A stretch of DNA of 54,923 bases from contig CAMYKF010000406.1 of NCBI GenBank assembly GCA_947258905.1, forward strand, positions 1 to 54,923. The letters run 5' to 3'. Source of the DNA: an uncultured Pirellulaceae bacterium (lineage in GTDB: Bacteria; Planctomycetota; Planctomycetia; Pirellulales; Pirellulaceae). Position 1 is the first letter of the stretch. Every line of letters starts with the position of its first letter. The position numbers and the translations under genes are program-made. Below the pieces are notes generated by a model. The model was given only the letters and a program-made list of their open reading frames with translations. It made no database searches and was not told the origin of the DNA. Shown here piece by piece: positions 45,132-52,522 of the stretch.

Positions 45132-46954
45132 TACTTGTGGTCCTCGATGATTTGAAGCAGTTCGGCGGGCATCTCCGGAATCGATTCCTGACTGACCTGC
45201 ATTTCACCGGACGGCCCCTTGCGCAGCAAGGTGTTCACATGACTGAACTGTTCGTCCTTATCCTTGTAGTCTTCGCGTGAATGCGCACCGCGGCTTTCCT
45301 TGCGGATCACAGCCGATCGGGCCACGGCCTCGGAGACGGTCAGCAGGTTTTTCAGATCGAGTGCTGTGTGCCAGCCGGGATTGTATTGCCGGTTGCCGGG
45401 CGCACTGACGGTCTCGGCCCGCTTCTTCAGGGTCTCGATGGCGCCGATGGCCGCCAGCAACTCCTCTTCCTGGCGAATAATGCCCACCTTGTCCTGCATC
45501 AATTCCTGCAGATCGTATTGAATCTGATACGCGCCGCCCGCATCGTGCGCGCGACTGTCATCCAGGGGAGCCAGCGCTTCGCGATGCGCTTCATCGACCT
45601 CCGCCTGGGGCACATCAACATTACCGTTGTCCCGTGCGTATTTGGCGGCGTACTCGCCGGCCAGCTTGCCAAACACGATCAGATCGGAGAGTGAATTGCC
45701 GCCCAGTCGATTGGCGCCGTGCAGTCCGGCCGCGCATTCGCCAGCGGCAAACAGCCCGGGCACCGACGACATTTGCGTTTCGCCATCAACGCGAATGCCG
45801 CCCATCACATAGTGCGTTGTGGGACCCACTTCCATCGGCTCTTTGGTGATATCGATGCCGGCCAGTTCCTTGAACTGGTGGTACATGCTGGGCAGTTTCT
45901 TCTTGATATGCTCGGCAGCGTTGGGGATTTTTTCGCTGATCCATGCAATATCCAGGAAGGCGCCGCCATGGGGACTGCCGCGTCCCTCGCGGACTTCCCG
46001 CAGAATGCAACGGGCCACGTGGTCGCGGGTCAGCAGTTCCGGCGGGCGTCGCGCGTCGCGATCGGATTTGGCTACATACCGCCAGCCTTCTTCGGGGGTA
46101 TCGGCCGTCGAACTTTTGTAATTGTCCGGAATGTCGCCGAACATGAACCGCTCGCCCTTGTTGTTTTTGAGGATGCCACCCTCGCCCCGCACGCCTTCGG
46201 TGACCAGAATGCCGCGGACACTGGGCGGCCACACCATCCCCGTGGGGTGGAACTGAACGAATTCCATATCAATCAGGTCCGCGCCCGCGTGCCAGGCCAG
46301 CGAATGGCCGTCGCCGGTGTACTCCCACGAGTTACTCGTGATCTTGTAAGCGCGACCGATGCCGCCGGTGGCCATCACGATAGCTTTGGCCCGGAACAGT
46401 TTGAACTTGCCCAGTTCGCGTTCGTAGGCAAACGCGCCGGTGCAGCGACTACCCTCCTTGAGCAAACGCGTCACGGTGCATTCCATGTGCACGTCGATGC
46501 CCTGATGCACGCCGTGATCCTGCAGTGTACGAATCATCTCCAGTCCGGTGCGATCGCCGACATGGGCCAGTCGCGGATGGGCGTGGCCGCCGAAATTCCG
46601 CTGCATGATCCTGCCTTCGGGCGTGCGATCAAAGACGGCTCCCCAGGCTTCCAGTTCCCGCACGCGATCGGGAGCCTGCCGGGCATGCAACTCGGCCATC
46701 CTCCAGTTGTTGATGTAGTAGCCGCCACGCATCGTATCGGCAAAGTGGGTTCGCCAGCTGTCGCGTTCATCGACGTTGGCCAGTGCCGCGGCCATGCCAC
46801 CTTCGGCCATGACCGTATGGGCCTTGCCCAGCAGCGACTTGCACACCAGTCCCACGGAAACGCCTGCCGCAGATGCTTCAATCGCCGCGCGCAAGCCGGC
46901 TCCCCCGGCTCCAATAATCAGTACGTCATGTTCTATCGTTTCGTATTCCACCAT
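45131..46954 (-). CDS. sdhA: succinate dehydrogenase / fumarate reductase flavoprotein subunit
   Basis: VLIIGAGGAGLRAAIE dinucleotide fold, AHTVMAEGG (covalent FAD His context), FVQFHPTG and HGANRLGGNSL. ATG 46954 is preferred over the track start 47068. The stop overlaps the sdhB ATG by 1 nt. Confidence 0.9.
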   Translation of the reverse strand: MVEYETIEHDVLIIGAGGAGLRAAIEASAAGVSVGLVCKSLLGKAHTVMAEGGMAAALANVDERDSWRTHFADTMRGGYYINNWRMAELHARQAPDRVRELEAWGAVFDRTPEGRIMQRNFGGHAHPRLAHVGDRTGLEMIRTLQDHGVHQGIDVHMECTVTRLLKEGSRCTGAFAYERELGKFKLFRAKAIVMATGGIGRAYKITSNSWEYTGDGHSLAWHAGADLIDMEFVQFHPTGMVWPPSVRGILVTEGVRGEGGILKNNKGERFMFGDIPDNYKSSTADTPEEGWRYVAKSDRDARRPPELLTRDHVARCILREVREGRGSPHGGAFLDIAWISEKIPNAAEHIKKKLPSMYHQFKELAGIDITKEPMEVGPTTHYVMGGIRVDGETQMSSVPGLFAAGECAAGLHGANRLGGNSLSDLIVFGKLAGEYAAKYARDNGNVDVPQAEVDEAHREALAPLDDSRAHDAGGAYQIQYDLQELMQDKVGIIRQEEELLAAIGAIETLKKRAETVSAPGNRQYNPGWHTALDLKNLLTVSEAVARSAVIRKESRGAHSREDYKDKDEQFSHVNTLLRKGPSGEMQVSQESIPEMPAELLQIIEDHK

Positions 46955-46977
46955 CGCCCGAACAATCGCCTGTGCCG

Positions 46978-47787
46978 TTAGCCAAATGTGAAGTAGTAGT
47001 CGTGCCAAATGCCCATCGAACAAAGGCGAATGTAAACGTCCGAAAACGCAACCCAAACCAGACTGCACCAGGCCCAGACCATGTGTTTGCGATTAAAACA
47101 ACTCACGCAGTCATAACATTTGGTGCGGATCTTTGATCCGGAAAATGTGTTCATGTAACCGCCGATGAGGTGGCGCAGAGAGTGACAGCCAAACGTATAG
47201 CCGCCCAGCAGAACCACATTGGTCACCAGCACCAGTGTGCCGACGCCGATTCCAAACTTCGTGAACTCGCCGTTTTCGTCTTCAAAGAAGAATCCCTGTA
47301 TGGCATCCCATGTCAGGAAACACAGGAACAGGAGCGCAAAGTACAAAAAGTAGCGGTGGATATTTTGCAGGATTAACGGGAAGGAGTTTTCGCCCCAGTA
47401 TCCCTTGCGTGGTTCGCCAACTGCACACGATGGCGGGTCGGCCCAGAATGCCTTGTAATAGGCGCCGCGGTAGTAGTAGCAGGTCATTCGGAAACCGGCG
47501 GGGAAGGGCAGGATCAACAGCGCCGGAGAGAACGGCAGCCAGACGGGCCAGAATCCGGGCCTGGATCCGCTGAACCAGGCGTGATGCGAGTCGCCCCACA
47601 ACACCGGTGAATAAAACGGCGACAGATAATTCCGGTATTCATAATGGGCGTTTTGAAAGGCCGCCCACGTGGCGTAGATGATGAAACCGGAGAGGGCCAG
47701 GAAGACCACCAGCGGAACGACCCACCAGTTGTCGCGGCGGTATGTTTCGCCCCACGAGCGTTGCCTGAGCCCGGAAGTGTCTGCCAT
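46978..47787 (-). CDS. sdhC: succinate dehydrogenase membrane anchor / cytochrome b subunit (single large subunit type)
   Basis: 269-aa polytopic ORF immediately upstream of sdhA. Gene order and sizes resemble three-subunit SQR/QFR operons. Confidence 0.75.
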   Translation of the reverse strand: MADTSGLRQRSWGETYRRDNWWVVPLVVFLALSGFIIYATWAAFQNAHYEYRNYLSPFYSPVLWGDSHHAWFSGSRPGFWPVWLPFSPALLILPFPAGFRMTCYYYRGAYYKAFWADPPSCAVGEPRKGYWGENSFPLILQNIHRYFLYFALLFLCFLTWDAIQGFFFEDENGEFTKFGIGVGTLVLVTNVVLLGGYTFGCHSLRHLIGGYMNTFSGSKIRTKCYDCVSCFNRKHMVWAWCSLVWVAFSDVYIRLCSMGIWHDYYFTFG

Positions 47788-47966
47788 CAGTCGCCCCGTA
47801 ATCCAAAAAAACGCCGATTTACCTGCTCCCGGCGTCGCGTCGATTGTGAATCAGGCCCGTTTTAGTGTCAATCACCGATCCACCGTGCGATTCTCGTGGA
47901 TGTTGAACGTATTGAAGGCAACGGCTCAAGGCTACACTGTATGAATCCGTGGATTGCAGGAGATTG

Positions 47967-49040
47967 ATGATGAAAACGTTGGTTTGTTGCCTCCTGATCT
48001 GTGGGTTTGCCGTCCTGCCTGTCATTCAGTCGAGTGTCGACGTACAGGTACAGGCCCAGGTGCAGGATCGTGGCGGCGTTGTCATGGTCTATGAAATCGC
48101 GAATAGCGACTCACTTGGCGAATCCGATCTGGACAACGGCATGAAGGTGCTTAACCGCAGGCTGGCCAATGCCGGAATTCACAACGTGCAAATCACGTTG
48201 CTTCAACCTGACGAACCACGCCTGGGTGATGTGATGTCGGCGGAAACGCATGGACTGAAAATCGAAATCGCCTATCGCCATGGTGTGCGTGACATGTTCT
48301 CGGGACGGGCCGCTACGGTGGGCAGTCTTCGAGATGCCATGTCTGAGGAAGTCAGCAACGTCCAGTCGTTGTTGCACGACCAGGGAACTTTTGAACTGAT
48401 GATTGCTGCGGATGTCGAGCACAGTGCGGAATTGATTGATGCGGCTTTCACGGATCCGCCATCACGCGAGGTCGAGCTGGTAGATGACGGCGAGGCGAAG
48501 ACCGCCGGTCGCTGGGTTCCGTTGAGTTGCGATGCCGAGGGCAAATTTCGCAGCCCGCCACGCTCGGCCATTTTGCGTCTCGCAGAAACCGGTGAGCGAC
48601 TGGATACCGGCGACTCGGGTGCGCTATTTGAAGCGATCGCACGAGAACACGCCGACGATGAAATTCAGATCTTGCTGGAAGTAACGCCTGAGGAAGCGCA
48701 GGTGCGGCTGGATCACATGCTGAGAATGGAAGCAATCATCTTTTCCAGAGGCGAGCCAGCCATTCAGTTCAAGTTGAACGGACAGGGTGGCAGACGGCTT
48801 CATAAGCTGACCCTGGCCAATATACAGCGTCACCTGTGCGTCGTGATTGACGACGAGCTTTTGATCTCTCCGCGGATCAACGAACCGATCCGTGCCGACG
48901 GGATCATTCAAAGCAACTTTACCCAGCAGGAAGTTGATGGGCTGGTAGCGGCACTCAACTTTCCCTCACCGCTGAACCTGGGTGAAGGACCTGTTGCGAT
49001 TAAGTATGTGCTGGCGCAACAGGGCGATGACAAGAAGTGA
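47967..49040 (+). CDS. exported protein resembling the periplasmic P1 domain of SecD, without the membrane domain
   Basis: Signal anchor MMKTLVCCLLICGFAVLPV. GGVVMVYEI..., VLNRRLANAGIHNVQI... and LCVVIDDELLISPRINEPIRADGIIQSNFTQQEVDGLVAALNF resemble my recollection of SecD P1 base/head motifs. No later TM segments. Confidence 0.7.
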   Translation: MMKTLVCCLLICGFAVLPVIQSSVDVQVQAQVQDRGGVVMVYEIANSDSLGESDLDNGMKVLNRRLANAGIHNVQITLLQPDEPRLGDVMSAETHGLKIEIAYRHGVRDMFSGRAATVGSLRDAMSEEVSNVQSLLHDQGTFELMIAADVEHSAELIDAAFTDPPSREVELVDDGEAKTAGRWVPLSCDAEGKFRSPPRSAILRLAETGERLDTGDSGALFEAIAREHADDEIQILLEVTPEEAQVRLDHMLRMEAIIFSRGEPAIQFKLNGQGGRRLHKLTLANIQRHLCVVIDDELLISPRINEPIRADGIIQSNFTQQEVDGLVAALNFPSPLNLGEGPVAIKYVLAQQGDDKK

Positions 49041-49062
49041 TTGGCAAGCTCGTCTATTCCGC

Positions 49063-49086
49063 AGGACGGGACCATGGTCCCGTCCT
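49063..49086. terminator. Perfect 24-bp palindrome between convergent genes, a candidate bidirectional terminator hairpin
   Basis: AGGACGGGACCATGGTCCCGTCCT (10-bp stem, CATG centre). It overlaps the DinB stop codon by 2 nt. No U-tract on either side. Confidence 0.5.
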
Positions 49087-49579
49087 ACGTGATGGATTGC
49101 CGGGTCCAATAGACGAAGTCGGTATCGACAGCGGTTCCACCGCACTGGGCAACCAGGGTGGCCACCTGGCCACGGTGGTACAACGCGTGCCCGTGCAACT
49201 GGACCAAAACATCTTCGATGCGACTGCGATACCGATCGCCTTCGGTCGACACATATTCAATATCCCGGTCGATGTCCTCATCGGTGAGATCCCGCATAAA
49301 CGGTTGCCACGCCTGATACAACTGTTGATAAGCCTGATGCAACTGTTGTGTGTTCGTTTGCTCGGGGAACAGCACGTCCAGGCCGGCATCGGGACCGCCC
49401 AGACGTTGTAGCCACAACGCGCGAGCAGCGAACACATGCGCGAACTTGTCCACTGCCTTTTGATACAGCGGATTGTCACGCTGGTTCGCCGGCACACTGT
49501 CGATCATTTCCAGCGCGCGGCGGTTGGCGTCCTTTTCGTAGGTAAACCAGTAGCGAATACGGTCTGCAAAGTTGTTCAT
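49085..49579 (-). CDS. DinB-family (four-helix bundle metalloenzyme-like) protein
   Basis: ATG 49579 (MNNFADRIRYW). LHGHALYHRGQ motif typical of DinB/YfiT-like proteins. Confidence 0.8.
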   Translation of the reverse strand: MNNFADRIRYWFTYEKDANRRALEMIDSVPANQRDNPLYQKAVDKFAHVFAARALWLQRLGGPDAGLDVLFPEQTNTQQLHQAYQQLYQAWQPFMRDLTDEDIDRDIEYVSTEGDRYRSRIEDVLVQLHGHALYHRGQVATLVAQCGGTAVDTDFVYWTRQSIT

Positions 49580-49618
49580 GTTGATCCTGATCAAATCATC
49601 ACCGAATAAAAGTGATCC

Positions 49619-49687
49619 AGCGGAAGGGCGCAAGCGCTGCGGTCCGTACCGTGTGATCCAATACCGGAGGGCTTGCGCCCTGCCGCT
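49619..49687. repeat. 17-bp stem (one mismatch) hairpin with 35-nt loop between the cupin and DinB genes
   Basis: AGCGGAAGGGCGCAAGC (49619-49635) pairs with GCTTGCGCCCTGCCGCT (49671-49687). GTGATCCA occurs twice, at 49612 and 49653. Confidence 0.7.
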
Positions 49688-49727
49688 TCTTTCCCGGACA
49701 CTCCCGGCAGACATGTTAATGCCATAC

Positions 49728-50060
49728 CTATTCAGCCTGGTAATCGTCGCGAGTGGGGTGCCAGACATCGATGATGCGGCAATCCGTGATGGCTCGGCCG
49801 GAGTGGGGTACGCCGCCGGGAATCACCAGCACATCACCCGGTCGCAAGTGAATCGGCTGGCCATCCAGCACAAGTTCGAATTCGCCCTGTATCATGTTGA
49901 CGATTTGCTCGTGGGGATGCGAATGTTCGGCGATGGCATGACCGGCCTTAATCTCCCAATGCACGACGGTCATTGTGTCGCCATGCACGATCTTGCCGAC
50001 GTAGCCAGGAAAGGGATTGAAATCCGGCAACGAAGCCAGTTGAACAGAGCCTTGAGCCAT
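49728..50060 (-). CDS. cupin domain protein
   Basis: Cupin motifs AIAEHSHPHEQ and GDVLVIPGGVPH. Its ATG overlaps the upstream stop by 1 nt. Confidence 0.8.
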   Translation of the reverse strand: MAQGSVQLASLPDFNPFPGYVGKIVHGDTMTVVHWEIKAGHAIAEHSHPHEQIVNMIQGEFELVLDGQPIHLRPGDVLVIPGGVPHSGRAITDCRIIDVWHPTRDDYQAE

Positions 50061-50641
50061 TATTTCACTCGCGTAAATTTGATACCAACGACTTTGGAAT
50101 TCTCGCCGATCTGCAGATCGTGAATTTCCAGCGTGAATTCACCTTCATTCGTCAAATCGAGCACATACTTCACCGGCTTGTCATGTTCACCGGTCAGGTA
50201 TTCGTCCATGGTGCCGTAAAAACTGATGACCTTGCCGGACTGATCCAGCATGCCTTCGCTGTCTTTCTTGTCCGTGGACATGGAATCGATGGAAGAGCAG
50301 GTGTATTTCTTCTTGTAATTGTCGTAGCCATACAGGGCCATGCCTTCGTATTGCTGCCCCATCATGGTGCCCGCGTAGTTCAATTGCACGAATCGATTAC
50401 CAAGTATCCATTTGCCCTCGGCGGTTCCTTCGGTCGGCGACATGCCCATCATGCTCATCTCGGTCTTCCACTGACCGTTCATTCCGCCCAGCAATTCGTG
50501 GTGTTCACCGGGTGTAGCGAACTTCTTCATCATCTCCATCATTTGTTCAGGACTCATTTGCGGCTGGTCCTGCGCTGACGCTGTGCTGGTCTGGCAGGCC
50601 AGCAGCGCGGCAATGGCGATGGCGGTGATCATTCTGGTCAT
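50060..50641 (-). CDS. DUF1579-family exported protein
   Basis: ATG 50641 preceded by GGAGAAG. Signal peptide MTRMITAIAIAALLACQTSTASA. GKWILGNRFVQ...YDNYKKKY resembles DUF1579. Confidence 0.8.
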   Translation of the reverse strand: MTRMITAIAIAALLACQTSTASAQDQPQMSPEQMMEMMKKFATPGEHHELLGGMNGQWKTEMSMMGMSPTEGTAEGKWILGNRFVQLNYAGTMMGQQYEGMALYGYDNYKKKYTCSSIDSMSTDKKDSEGMLDQSGKVISFYGTMDEYLTGEHDKPVKYVLDLTNEGEFTLEIHDLQIGENSKVVGIKFTRVK

Positions 50642-50700
50642 GGCTTCTTCTCCGGATACCGGGGGTAATTGGAACAACGAGATCGTAAACGATTCGCCGA

Positions 50701-50812
50701 CCGCTTGCCAATTTCGAGCAAGCGGCCTCCCGTAGCCGAACTCGCAAGAGTTCGGGCAGGTGCGCGGTCGTTCCCCGGCAGGTCCCGAAGTGTTGCCACT
50801 TCGGCTACGCGG
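50701..50812. repeat. Three hairpins, including an inverted pair of GCAA-tetraloop REP-like units
   Basis: CCGCTTGC/GCAAGCGG at 50701-50725. CGTAG-CCGAACTC-GCAA-GAGTTCGG at 50731-50755 (+). Its inverted partner at 50785-50809 reads CGTAG-CCGAAGTG-GCAA-CACTTCGG on the minus strand. Confidence 0.85.
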
Positions 50813-50817
50813 CAAGG

Positions 50818-51669
50818 CTATTTTGTGCTGGAAGCCGACGCTGCATGGCTCCGACAAATCCACTCGGCGTACAGTTCCGGTCGCCGGTCGCGCATAAACA
50901 ACTGCCGGGCATGCGAAGCGGGTACTTCGGCCAAATTGATGTCGCAGTAAAGAATCTCATCGGTGCCCTGGGCGGCGCGGGCCAACACGCGACCGTCGGG
51001 ACCGCACACAAATGACTCGCCGGCGAACGTCAGTCTTTCCTCCTTGCCGACTCGATTGCAGAGGGCCGTAAAGTACCCGTTCTGAAAGGCCGCCACCTGC
51101 AGTTCTGCTTCGTACAGTCCTTCCGGCCACTCGTCGACCGCACCGGCTTGCGGCACGATCACCAGTTCCGCGCCGGCTATGGCCAGTGCCCGCATGTACT
51201 CGGGAAAGTGCCGATCGTAACAGATGGCCACGCCCAGTTTGCCGAAACGTGTGCCGTACACCGGCGCTCCCTGGTCACCCGGAGCGTAGTAGCCCTGTTC
51301 ATGAAAACAGGGATAGTCGGTGATGTGCACCATTCGGGTTGTTCCGAGAATCGAACCATCGGCATCAATCACTGGTGAACTGTCGAACGTCTGTTGACCG
51401 GCCCGCTCAAACACATTCAGCACAATCACACACTGGTGATCGGCAGCCAGTTGGCAAAACTGATCAGTCAGTGAACTGGGCACCGCTTCGGCCAACTCCA
51501 GTTCGCGCGGAGTCGCCGGCGACTGGGGATAGAAGCGTTCGAAAGCCAGTTCCGCAAAACAGATCACGTTGGCGCCGGATTCAGCCGCTTCACGCGCGGC
51601 TTGCAGGCCCCGCTCTTGATTGGCCCGACGATCATGCGAAGCGGATTGCTGGACGAGTGCCAGTTTCAT
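50818..51669 (-). CDS. carbon-nitrogen hydrolase (nitrilase superfamily) protein
   Basis: CFAELAFE (Glu) and GVAICYDRHFP (Cys) align with the pydC paralog in this window. The Lys position reads TRMVHI instead of FRKMHI. Confidence 0.85.
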   Translation of the reverse strand: MKLALVQQSASHDRRANQERGLQAAREAAESGANVICFAELAFERFYPQSPATPRELELAEAVPSSLTDQFCQLAADHQCVIVLNVFERAGQQTFDSSPVIDADGSILGTTRMVHITDYPCFHEQGYYAPGDQGAPVYGTRFGKLGVAICYDRHFPEYMRALAIAGAELVIVPQAGAVDEWPEGLYEAELQVAAFQNGYFTALCNRVGKEERLTFAGESFVCGPDGRVLARAAQGTDEILYCDINLAEVPASHARQLFMRDRRPELYAEWICRSHAASASSTK

Positions 51670-51971
51670 CGTTCATTCACCTTGCAAAACCTGCAAAACG
51701 TATCTGCCCCTTCCCGCCGACCTGGCGGTCGCCGCTGGCGGATAATCGATAAACTCGACCACATTTTGCCAGCTCGCGACGATTACCCAATCAACACGGC
51801 AGGGAAAACCCTGTCTTTCGATTCTACCGTAACCGATTGTAGGAAATGAGCCGGGCTTCGTGGGGCAGCAGGAACCGGGCAAACGTCAATCATTCGCCGA
51901 CCCGCTTACCTTCGCGGGCCGTAAAAACCGACACTCCGGTGTTGTTGACCAAAAAAAGTCGGAGAGCTGCC

Positions 51972-52238
51972 GTGAGTACTGTTAGCACCAGCAAGGACCG
52001 TTACGAAAACATTCGTTGCCAGAAAGGGCCGGTGGGCGTGGCTTGCCCCCAGTGTCATAACACCAATGACATCTACTACAGCAGCGCCCAGTTAAGACGG
52101 CCGCTTCACAAGCGTATGTTCTATTCCTACTTGCGCTGCCATGCCTGCACGCACCGATTCCGTACCGTGCGTGTCGGAACGCTGGTATTTGTGGCCGTGG
52201 CCACCGTGATCTTTTTGTTTGCCGGAGTGCTGGGCTAG
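51972..52238 (+). CDS. small zinc-ribbon protein with C-terminal TM helix (hypothetical)
   Basis: CPQC...CHAC pairs followed by LVFVAVATVIFLFAGVL. GTG 51972 is preceded by GGAGAG. ATG 51846 is the longer alternative, with a low-complexity N-terminus. Confidence 0.4.
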   Translation: MSTVSTSKDRYENIRCQKGPVGVACPQCHNTNDIYYSSAQLRRPLHKRMFYSYLRCHACTHRFRTVRVGTLVFVAVATVIFLFAGVLG

Positions 52239-52240
52239 TC

Positions 52241-52347
52241 ACTACAGCGCTGAGTTTCCATTTGATTCGTAGCCGAAGTTGCAAAACTTCGGTTTCCCGG
52301 CCCGAATTCTTGCGAATCCGGCTACCTTGCGCCGAAGTCGCTGTAGT
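52241..52347. repeat. Composite structured element: a 9-bp outer stem enclosing an inverted pair of GCAA-tetraloop REP-like units
   Basis: Outer stem ACTACAGCG (52241-52249) / CGCTGTAGT (52339-52347). CGTAG-CCGAAGTT-GCAA-AACTTCGG at 52268-52292 (+). Minus-strand GGTAG-CCGGATTC-GCAA-GAATTCGG at 52302-52326. Confidence 0.85.
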
Positions 52348-52522
52348 ACCACGCTCTGGCCCATCTGTTGCTTGCGCGACGATACCTCGTCCCGGTAACG
52401 CCAAATGCGTGAAGCACAGCACGCCGGAGCCTGTTTTTCAGGTTTCCCAACTTCGGCGGACGGGATAATGGGATAAGATTACCTTACCTCGAATCGAAAT
52501 TATTCCGGCAAGGTGTCTTTTT

